From Candidatus Aegiribacteria sp. (GTDB lineage: Bacteria > Fermentibacterota > Fermentibacteria > Fermentibacterales > JCC-6): a stretch of DNA of 24,831 nt. Positions 18,079 to 24,831 of this stretch are shown piece after piece. Under the pieces are notes generated by a model. It was given only the letters and a program-made list of their open reading frames with translations, searched no databases and was not told where the DNA came from. The translations under genes were made by a program, and so were the position numbers. Position 1 is the stretch's first letter. Every line of letters starts with the position of its first letter. The stretch lies in NCBI GenBank assembly GCA_046498225.1, contig JAWOBF010000031.1, positions 1 to 24,831 on the forward strand, read 5' to 3'.

Positions 18079-18999
18079 ATGTCTGGATACCGGCTTTTTG
18101 CGGCGGCTGTAATTCTTTTGAGCGGTCCAGCCCTGGGTTACGACCCCCTCTATTACGACAATCTCACGGAGGCTCTTCGAGCGATGGAAGCTGACGGCGA
18201 CGTAGCCTTCGGGTACTTCGGGGCAAACAGTTACTGGGCAACGGACACTCTGGGTAACAGCGAGCAGCACGATTATGACACCAGTCTTGGAGTGATACGT
18301 TTTCAGTTCCTGGGAAGGTACGGGCTCACCAACAGCCACACCATTTCAGTGGTAGTTCCCGGTTTCATCCAGCTTCAGGGACCCGGGCACGAGAACGGCA
18401 TAGGTATAGCGGACCCCTGGGTATCGCTGGACGGGTGGCTGACCAGGGAACCCAGGCTGTTCGCCAGGGGCGCCATCAGGATCCCCCTGAAGGGAGCGCT
18501 GGAATCCGGTGACTATTCCGAGAGCGACAGGCACCTGGCGCTGGACGGAGCCATGACGGTGGTTACCCCGATTTCCGCGAATTCCGGAGTTACCGTAGAG
18601 GCAACCGCGGGGCTCAGGTACTACATGTCCGCCTGGGACGGTCTTTTCAGCAGTCCCAGGGACTCCGCTGAGACCAAGCCGCCGGTGGAACTGAGAATGG
18701 CCGGATTTCTCGTCATGCCGGTAAACCCGGAACTGGACCTTCGGTTCGGCGGTGAGATTGCCACCAGAGGAGAGACCGAGGCGGAGATAGAGGGCTACTG
18801 GCAGGACCAGGACGGAAGCTCCATGAACCTGAGGGACCTCAGAGGCGGGTTCAATGTCCACAACGAGAGCCTGGACCTCACCGCGGAAGTGTTCTACCGT
18901 TTCGGCGGAGAGAACGTGGCCAGGGAATGGGGAATCATGGTAAGCGGTACCGGTCTTGATTTTACAGATCTCTTCTCCAGCACCACCGGGACCAGATGA
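18079..18999 (+). CDS. Exported beta-strand-rich hypothetical protein, possible outer-membrane barrel
   Basis: Signal peptide MSGYRLFAAAVILLSGPALG after AAAGGA RBS (start revised from 17926); alternating hydrophobic strands; GIGIADP...RIP motif similar to transporter-type barrels. Confidence 0.6.
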   Translation: MSGYRLFAAAVILLSGPALGYDPLYYDNLTEALRAMEADGDVAFGYFGANSYWATDTLGNSEQHDYDTSLGVIRFQFLGRYGLTNSHTISVVVPGFIQLQGPGHENGIGIADPWVSLDGWLTREPRLFARGAIRIPLKGALESGDYSESDRHLALDGAMTVVTPISANSGVTVEATAGLRYYMSAWDGLFSSPRDSAETKPPVELRMAGFLVMPVNPELDLRFGGEIATRGETEAEIEGYWQDQDGSSMNLRDLRGGFNVHNESLDLTAEVFYRFGGENVAREWGIMVSGTGLDFTDLFSSTTGTR

Positions 19000-19802
19000 G
19001 ATACATCGCTCCCGCGGCAATCCTGGCCCTTCTTCTCATCACTGCACTGGTCGCCCGGGAATTCAGCACCGGAGGACAGATCACCGCCACCGGCGGGGAG
19101 TATCTGGAACTGCTGGCCGCCGGTGACACCGAGGGCGCATTCGCGCTCCTTTCCGACAGCCTGGCCGGACTGGTGTCGCCTTCCGTCCTGGAAAGCCTGG
19201 CCGGAGACAGCCCTCCGGAAGGTATCAGGACAGGCGCCATGGATAAAAGGGGCTTCACTCTCTCGGTACGGTCTTCCGATGGAGGCTCCAGAATAATCTG
19301 GCTCAGGCAGAGCCGCGAGGGAGACTGGAGGGTAAGCGGTGACTCCTCCCTGGACAACCTCCTGGGAAGCGCCTCCCTCCTATGCATATCCTTCGCCAGG
19401 GACAGCGTAATCCCAGACATCTACCGGGGAATTGACCCCGGCGGTCACTCCTGCCCCGTCAGCGGAAGGTCCTACTACCTGCAAGATGGAAAGCTGTTCT
19501 GCCCCGCCGGACATCTCGGTGATGGCCTGGAAACGGGAGGGGTCGCCTGTGCCCGGCTCAGGGACAGTCTGGCGGCAACAGTTGAGGAATACCTCTCCGA
19601 AGGCTACGAATACCCTTCCGGTTTCCAGGAGATGTATCTCCAGAGCGCGGGGGATTTCGGACAGAGCGGGGGGTTCCGCTGCCCGGACCAGGGCTACGCT
19701 TACTACCGGATAACGCGGGAAGGTGTCTACTGCCCCTTCCACGACCGTACCTCCCCGGTACTGACACCGGGGACGGACACCTCAGAAGCGGACGGGGAGT
19801 GA
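18996..19802 (+). CDS. Membrane-anchored hypothetical protein with an NTF2-like segment and duplicated Cys/His motif
   Basis: N-terminal hydrophobic helix; YLELLAAGDTEGAFALLS...EGDWRV; two C...CPxxGxxY...CPx(x)H units; ATGA overlap with the upstream gene. Confidence 0.7.
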   Translation: MRYIAPAAILALLLITALVAREFSTGGQITATGGEYLELLAAGDTEGAFALLSDSLAGLVSPSVLESLAGDSPPEGIRTGAMDKRGFTLSVRSSDGGSRIIWLRQSREGDWRVSGDSSLDNLLGSASLLCISFARDSVIPDIYRGIDPGGHSCPVSGRSYYLQDGKLFCPAGHLGDGLETGGVACARLRDSLAATVEEYLSEGYEYPSGFQEMYLQSAGDFGQSGGFRCPDQGYAYYRITREGVYCPFHDRTSPVLTPGTDTSEADGE

Positions 19803-19818
19803 TGGCTTCCAGACCATT

Positions 19819-20988
19819 ATGATTACTTCGCAAAGAGAACTCGAAGACCTGGTCGGCGGGCTCAAAGGCCAGGAGGCCATAGCTCTGGATACGGAATTCC
19901 ACGGGGAAAGAAGGTACTGGCCGGACCTCTTCCTTATTCAGATTGCCGGAAGCGACGGGCCGGTTGCCGTGGATCCGCTGGAGGTTCCCGACCTCTCTCC
20001 CCTGGGAGAGCTTGTTAAGGCGGAAAGTCCGGTGAAGGTCATCCATTCCGCCAGGAACGACATAGAGATACTCATGCACCATCTCGGTGTGGAGTTCAAA
20101 TCGATATTCGACACACAGCTGGCGGCCGCATTCCTCGGCTACGACAGGCAGCTGTCCCTGTCCAGGCTGATCAGGTCCGAGTGCGGCGCTTCCCCGAAGA
20201 AGGGTCATACCCTGAGCGACTGGTCCCTCCGACCCCTGGGAGAGGAACAGATCGAGTACGCCCTGAATGACGTAAGGTACCTGCTGGAGATCTACCGCAA
20301 CCAGATGAGAAAGCTGCGGGAACAAGGGCGCCTGGACTGGTACCGGCAGGAGGCGGAGTCGCTCATCGACCCTTCCACATACCGCAACTCCGCCGCCAGG
20401 TCGTTCAAGAAGGTCAAGTCCAGGTCCAAGATAAGGAAGAACCGCCTGGGTGTCCTGTGGGCCCTTGTGAACTGGAGGGAACGGGCCGCCATGGAGATGA
20501 ACAGGCCCAGGAACTTCGTGGCCGCCGACCATGTACTTGGAGCTATTACAAACATGGCGCCGGGCAACAGAAAGAGCCTTTCCAGGCTCAGGGGCGTAAC
20601 AGACGGCTTCATATCCAGGTGGGGCGATGAGGTGCTCGAGGTCATCTCCAGGGAGCTGAGCCATCCCTCGGACGACTACCCCCGCATTCCCAGACACCGT
20701 TCCCGTCCGGGAGTATCCGCAAGACGGGATATTCTCCGCATCTTCCTCAAGCAGGAGTCCTGCAGACTGGGAATATCCCCGGAACTCCTCCTCTCGAGGG
20801 ACCTTATCGGCGCGCTGGCCAGTGATCCGCCCGGCAACGAGGAGGAACTACTCGCGATAAGGGAATTCTCAGGCTGGCGGAAGGAGGCTCTGGGAAGCGA
20901 TCTGATCTCGCTCCTGAACGGCACTCTTGCACTGAGACTCAATTCCAGGGGCAATTCGGGGCTGGACTTCGTAAAGGTCGATGGTTGA
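19819..20988 (+). CDS. rnd: Ribonuclease D (DEDDy 3'-5' exonuclease plus HRDC)
   Basis: IALDTEF, LIQIA, KVIHSARND, FDTQLAA, SDWSLRPL...YALNDVRYL and WRE..A...NRP motifs. Confidence 0.93.
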   Translation: MITSQRELEDLVGGLKGQEAIALDTEFHGERRYWPDLFLIQIAGSDGPVAVDPLEVPDLSPLGELVKAESPVKVIHSARNDIEILMHHLGVEFKSIFDTQLAAAFLGYDRQLSLSRLIRSECGASPKKGHTLSDWSLRPLGEEQIEYALNDVRYLLEIYRNQMRKLREQGRLDWYRQEAESLIDPSTYRNSAARSFKKVKSRSKIRKNRLGVLWALVNWRERAAMEMNRPRNFVAADHVLGAITNMAPGNRKSLSRLRGVTDGFISRWGDEVLEVISRELSHPSDDYPRIPRHRSRPGVSARRDILRIFLKQESCRLGISPELLLSRDLIGALASDPPGNEEELLAIREFSGWRKEALGSDLISLLNGTLALRLNSRGNSGLDFVKVDG

Positions 20989-21629
20989 GTTCCGCCAGGG
21001 CCGGTTCTGTTCTTCGCCGCATGCGTGACTTCCTCGGTGAGTTGGGGTCCCCGGCCCCCCTGGAGACCTCAGGGGACGCCTTCCATGTCCTGGTCAGCAC
21101 CATAGTCAGCCTCAGGACAAGGGACGCCACCACCAGGAAGGTTTCCAGGCAGGTCCTGGACCGGGCTCCCACCCCCGAGGCCATGGCTGCCATCGACAGG
21201 CGAAGCCTCGAGGAACTCCTGAGACCGGCGGGTTTCTTCAGGCAGAAGGCCGGCCAGCTCAGGGAACTGTCGAGTATCCTGGTGCGGGATTTCGAAGGAG
21301 AGGTTCCGGACAGCATGGAGGAACTCCTCAGCCTTCCCGGAGTGGGAAGAAAAACCGCGAATTTCGTCCTGGGAATGGTGTTCGGGATACCAGCCGTCTG
21401 CGTCGACGTTCACGTGCACAGGATTTCCAACAGGCTGGGACTGGTGAATACCGGCTCTCCGGAAGAGACCGAGGCGGAGCTTCGGGAACTGTTCCCCCGG
21501 ATGGAATGGACGGGAATCAACCACACCATGGTCCGCTTCGGCCAGAGGGTATGCAGACCGGTCAAACCCGCGTGCGGACTGTGCCCCCTTGCCGAGGAAT
21601 GCCCCGGCGCGACGAAAGGCGAAGAGTGA
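20985..21629 (+). CDS. nth: Endonuclease III
   Basis: LVSTIVSLRTRD, HhH LPGVGRKTAN, VDVHVHRISNRLG and [4Fe-4S] motif C-x6-C-x2-C-x5-C. Confidence 0.93.
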   Translation: MSSARAGSVLRRMRDFLGELGSPAPLETSGDAFHVLVSTIVSLRTRDATTRKVSRQVLDRAPTPEAMAAIDRRSLEELLRPAGFFRQKAGQLRELSSILVRDFEGEVPDSMEELLSLPGVGRKTANFVLGMVFGIPAVCVDVHVHRISNRLGLVNTGSPEETEAELRELFPRMEWTGINHTMVRFGQRVCRPVKPACGLCPLAEECPGATKGEE

Positions 21630-21630
21630 A

Positions 21631-22248
21631 ATGCGCTATTTCATCGACCCCGAAAAACTTCTGGACGTAACCATGCCCCTGTCGAACACCACTCCGGCAT
21701 GGCCGGGGGACACCCGGTTCCGCAGGGAGGTCAGGGAGGAGGCCGGTTTCCGCACTTCAAGGATAGTCATGAGCAGCCATTCCGGCACTCACATGGACGC
21801 TCCCGCCCATCTCTGCCGCTGCTCCGCCGCTATCGGCGGCATAACGCCTTCCCGCCTCATCCTGCCGGCCCTGGTGCTGGACTGCACTGATCGCCGCGCC
21901 GTGGAACCGGGGCTTCTGAGCGGCCTGGAGCTGGATGGAAGGGCGATCCTTCTGAAGACCGCCCACGGGCAAGGACCCGCCGATGTTGCGCAATACGCCC
22001 ACCTGGCTGCTGGAACCGCTCAGGCGGCCGTTGATAAGGGAATCTGCCTTGTGGGAATAGACAGCCTGTCGGTGGACCCCCCCGGCAGCGACGCCTCCCA
22101 CGGCACACTGCTGGAGGCCGGAGTGCCTGTGGTGGAGAACCTCGTTCTTCGGGACATCGCGCCGGGAAAGTACCTTCTTCTCTGTTTCCCTCTCAGGATA
22201 GAGTCCGGGGACGGCTCGCCGGTAAGGGCGTTCCTGCACCCTCTGTGA
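21631..22248 (+). CDS. Cyclase-family metallohydrolase (kynurenine formamidase KynB-like)
   Basis: PAWPGD, HSGTHMDAP, VGIDSLSVD, VVENL and DGSPVRA motifs; start set to ATG 21631. Confidence 0.9.
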   Translation: MRYFIDPEKLLDVTMPLSNTTPAWPGDTRFRREVREEAGFRTSRIVMSSHSGTHMDAPAHLCRCSAAIGGITPSRLILPALVLDCTDRRAVEPGLLSGLELDGRAILLKTAHGQGPADVAQYAHLAAGTAQAAVDKGICLVGIDSLSVDPPGSDASHGTLLEAGVPVVENLVLRDIAPGKYLLLCFPLRIESGDGSPVRAFLHPL

Positions 22249-22278
22249 GAACCTTCGATTTTCTGATTCTTCTGTAAC

Positions 22279-22432
22279 CCGGGGTTGTTTTCCCTGTTTT
22301 GAATCAAATTCCATGGTTTCGTAAATTACTAAATATCATGTTGTTACAGGATTCATTTTTGGCTCCCCAATACTGGATGGGTATGATCATCGAAAACCGA
22401 ATCCTGCAAGGGAGATATCATGTTCCAGCTTT
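22279..22432 (+). repeat. Direct repeat copy 1: orphan promoter, RBS and ATGTTCCAGCTT
   Basis: Aligns with 23948-24099; the last 63 nt differ by 4 transitions; TTGGCT (22359-22364), 17 nt, TATGAT (22382-22387); ATG at 22420. Confidence 0.92.
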
Positions 22433-22589
22433 GCGCCCCAGTCAGTTTCCTTCCTTTTCCTTTCTGCTTTTGATCATATCTTTCGCGTTACACGTTCATG
22501 GAGAGAACAGAGCCAGCGAGGAGCGCAGTCCGGGTGACTTCCAGAGAGCGGATGAGCTGGAGCAAGGTCAATAGAAGCCGGGGAGTGCC

Positions 22590-22751
22590 TCAGCGGCTAT
22601 CCCTGAGCCTGCGCCTTAGTTCCAGGTCCTTTCCGGAGGAGACCTTGAGGATCAGTTCCTGCATTTTACGGAGCCACTGCATCTTTTTCTCCGGTGGATA
22701 GCTCATGAGCCTTCTAAGTCGTTCTTCCTCCGTCTCCCACTGAAAGCTCAT
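22590..22751 (-). CDS. 53-aa small helical protein, putative partner (antitoxin-like) of the upstream nucleotidyltransferase
   Basis: Below the ORF-track cutoff: MSFQWETEEERLRRLMSYPPEKKMQWLRKMQELILKVSSGKDLELRRRLRDSR; GGAGGA RBS; ATGA overlap with the NTase stop. Confidence 0.75.
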   Translation of the reverse strand: MSFQWETEEERLRRLMSYPPEKKMQWLRKMQELILKVSSGKDLELRRRLRDSR

Positions 22752-23245
22752 TGATCCTCCCTCAGCTCCTGTATCTTTCTGAGTTCCCTTATGTCCTGCC
22801 GGTCTATGGGTCTTCCGGTTACCTTTTTCATCTCTATCAGGTGGTCTATGGATATAACCGGTATGTCGACTCCGTCTATGTCCAGATGAACCGCGTCTGA
22901 TATTGCCTCTTGGAATTCAACCGGAGATTCCAGCACTACGTCCACTTCCTCCAGTTCGCCGTCTTTGTAGAAGTTGAAGGCTTTCATATGCTTCTCTTCC
23001 ATCCACCGGGAGCGTGTTTCACGGCAGGCAAGCCCGGCAGGATCAACAGGCTGCTTTGCCCGGAAGCCAAGATCGGTAAGTGCGTTCACCACATTCCGAA
23101 TGTTTTCATCGGTCATCTCCACTAGAATATCCATATCGGCGGTGCTGCGAAGCGAACCAAGCAGATTCACGGCAATGCCGCCGACCACTACGTACTTCAC
23201 CCGGCGATCCTGAAACTCCCTGAAAACTTCTTCGTAGAAGAACAA
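22748..23245 (-). CDS. Pol-beta-superfamily nucleotidyltransferase (AbiEii/DUF6036-like)
   Basis: YVVVGGIAVNLLG..RSTADMDIL (GG...T.D.D), VDVV and LIEMK..TGRPID..D motifs. Likely TTG start at 23245 after GGAGAGAAGG; GTG 23272 is the alternative. Confidence 0.82.
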   Translation of the reverse strand: MFFYEEVFREFQDRRVKYVVVGGIAVNLLGSLRSTADMDILVEMTDENIRNVVNALTDLGFRAKQPVDPAGLACRETRSRWMEEKHMKAFNFYKDGELEEVDVVLESPVEFQEAISDAVHLDIDGVDIPVISIDHLIEMKKVTGRPIDRQDIRELRKIQELREDQ

Positions 23246-23355
23246 ACCTTCTCTCCAATGACTATTGCCCACCGGTATATACTCGGGGCTTTCCCGCAGC
23301 GGTGCGTTCGTGTAAGGTGATGATGTGGATTGGCTTTCTACCTGTCAATACTGAC

Positions 23356-23940
23356 ACCGGATTCAGTACTCAGCGTTCCACACGGCGGTTGGCTACACAA
23401 GGGAATTGTCCAACCGCACTTCTTTAGATTTCCAGTGCACCGTTCTCACTGGAGAGGATGAGTTATAGCGAAGACTCTAATACAGTGCTTTACAGGGGTG
23501 AGCATTTTCATCCCGGCCTTGCCAGGAACTTCGACGTTTCTGATCCCCTCGATTGGATTGCACGGATTACATCTCACATACCACGCAAGGGAGCCAAACA
23601 GGTCATATACTAAGGAGCCTACAGCCAGGCATGGAGGGGGAGAGAGTGAAGGAAGGGCTTTTTACCGAAGGCACCAGTCGAAGAGGAGCCCGCTTCTTCG
23701 GTGAAAGACCGTTCTTTCTGCTCCAGACGCAGAAGACAGCAGTGGGCAGTTCTTCTGAAGAAGGTCTGGGACATCGATGCCTTGGAGTGCCCTAAGTGCG
23801 GTGGAGACATGAAGGTTGTTTCCATCATAGAGCAGCCCTCTGTCATTAAGCGGATTCTGAAACATCTCGATCTGTGGGAGGATCCCAGACCACCACCCAT
23901 ATTTTTCGAACTTGTCTGCGACTGGTTCGCAGATCAGTAA
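23356..23940 (+). pseudogene. IS91-family (rolling-circle HUH) transposase, 5'-truncated pseudogene
   Basis: One frame reads TGFS...L*ISSAPFSLERMSY...VLY...DPLDWIARITSHIPRKG..QVIY*GAYS..WRG..*...WAVLLKKVWDIDALECPKCGGDMKVVSIIEQPSVIKRILKHLDLW..PRPPP, with in-frame stops at 23425, 23611 and 23647. The 5' boundary before 23437 is uncertain. Confidence 0.88.
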
Positions 23941-23947
23941 GGGTACG

Positions 23948-24099
23948 CCGGGGCTGTTTTTCTGTTTTGACTCAAATTCTATTTTTTCGTAAATAATAAT
24001 ATATCAATTGGTTATAAGATTTTAATTGACTCGTCCATACTGGATGGGTATGATTATCAAAAACTGAATCCTGTAAGGGAGATATCATGTTCCAGCTTT
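23948..24099 (+). repeat. Direct repeat copy 2: promoter, RBS and start of the DUF5916 gene
   Basis: Aligns with 22279-22432; AT-rich compared with the window. Confidence 0.92.
24026..24054 (+). promoter_or_regulatory. Near-consensus sigma70 promoter
   Basis: TTGACT (24026-24031), 17 nt, TATGAT (24049-24054); AAGGGAG RBS before ATG 24087. Confidence 0.7.
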
Positions 24100-24831
24100 T
24101 TCTCTTCCTCTCCACTCTCATTTCAACCCCGCAGCCCGTAACCGCGGTCAGGGTTGAGCAGGCCCCTGATATCGACGGTGTGCTGGACGATCCGGTATGG
24201 AAGGATGCGGTTGAGGTGGAATCCACCTTCATGCAGTTCGGTCCCGATTACGGGGAGCCTATGTCCGAACCTACCAATATCTACGTTATCTACGACGACA
24301 ACAGCATATACTTCGGCTTTTTTCTGCATGATCCGAACCCGGAAAGAATGGTGGAGGCACTCACTCCGAGGGACGACTACATAACCGGCGAATGGATAGC
24401 CATACTGCTTGATACCTGGGGCGACGGACGCGAAGCCAGCAGTTTCGAGGTCAGCCTGGCAAACTCACAGATGGATTCGAAACTCAATCCCCATGGAGGC
24501 TGGGACTACAGCTGGGACGCGGTCTGGGAGAGCGGGACATCCAGAACGGACAGTGGATGGACTGCAGAATTCGCCATTCCATACAGCTGCCTCAGATTCA
24601 ATTCCAACCGTGATGAGCAGACCTGGAAGATCAATTTCCAGCGGATACTCAGCAGAACATCGGAGAACGGATGGTACGTTCTCTCCGAATCGGGACCAAT
24701 GGCCGATCTCGAGACCTTTGTCCGGCTCGAAGGCATAAGGGGCATAGAGGGTTCCCTGGGCGCGGAAGTCAGGCCCTACGGTGCGGGAAGGTCCTACCAT
24801 TACCGGCAGGATGATGAATGGGAGCATGACT
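24087..24831 (+). CDS. CBM9-like/DUF5916-domain exported protein, N-terminal part; runs off the window edge
   Basis: Not in the ORF track. MFQLFLFLSTLISTPQPVTAVRVEQAPDIDGVLDDPVW...YDDNSIYFG...LLDT...SWDAVWES..SRTDSGWTAEFAIPYSCLRF...WKINFQR...EVRPY matches the CBM9-like N-terminus of DUF5916 proteins. Confidence 0.85.
   Translation, partial: MFQLFLFLSTLISTPQPVTAVRVEQAPDIDGVLDDPVWKDAVEVESTFMQFGPDYGEPMSEPTNIYVIYDDNSIYFGFFLHDPNPERMVEALTPRDDYITGEWIAILLDTWGDGREASSFEVSLANSQMDSKLNPHGGWDYSWDAVWESGTSRTDSGWTAEFAIPYSCLRFNSNRDEQTWKINFQRILSRTSENGWYVLSESGPMADLETFVRLEGIRGIEGSLGAEVRPYGAGRSYHYRQDDEWEHD

Noticed and set aside
19558..20697. 379-aa minus-strand ORF
   Set aside because: Antisense shadow of rnd.
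22299..22701. Plus-strand ORFs 22299-22574 and 22498-22701
   Set aside because: The first runs through the non-coding repeat and the second is antisense to the better supported 53-aa gene. Neither has recognisable motifs.
23385..23417. Hairpin considered as an integron attC site or CRISPR repeat
   Set aside because: Single copy, lacks the RYYYAAC...GTTRRRY box layout, and there is no integrase, cas gene or regularly spaced array in the window.
24409..24827. Short ORFs listed at the right end
   Set aside because: They are alternative frames of the DUF5916 gene starting at 24087, which the track misses because its stop lies outside the window.

Overview
A GC-rich bacterial chromosomal window. 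Two proteins with type IX secretion (T9SS/Por) C-terminal sorting domains, plus lipoproteins and outer-membrane proteins, point to a diderm FCB-group organism; Ca. Fermentibacterota is a guess. In order it holds: partial sucC, gltX with tRNA-Glu(CTC), a MalY/PatB PLP enzyme whose 3' end runs antisense into the tRNA, a SagB-type oxidoreductase, a C39-like and a C13-like T9SS cysteine protease around DMT and MATE transporters, an MFS transporter, two DOMON lipoproteins plus a DUF5777-like barrel, a thioredoxin lipoprotein, NUDIX, a DUF2259-like protein, an OmpA-family protein, a barrel/Cys-rich protein/rnd/nth/cyclase operon, and a partial CBM9/DUF5916 gene. The most unusual part is 22279-24099. 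Two diverged ~150-bp direct repeats, each carrying a sigma70 promoter, RBS and the first four codons of the DUF5916 gene, enclose a nucleotidyltransferase, an unannotated 53-aa partner (TA-like pair) and a decayed IS91-family transposase. Family calls come from motif recognition by eye; no database searches were run.
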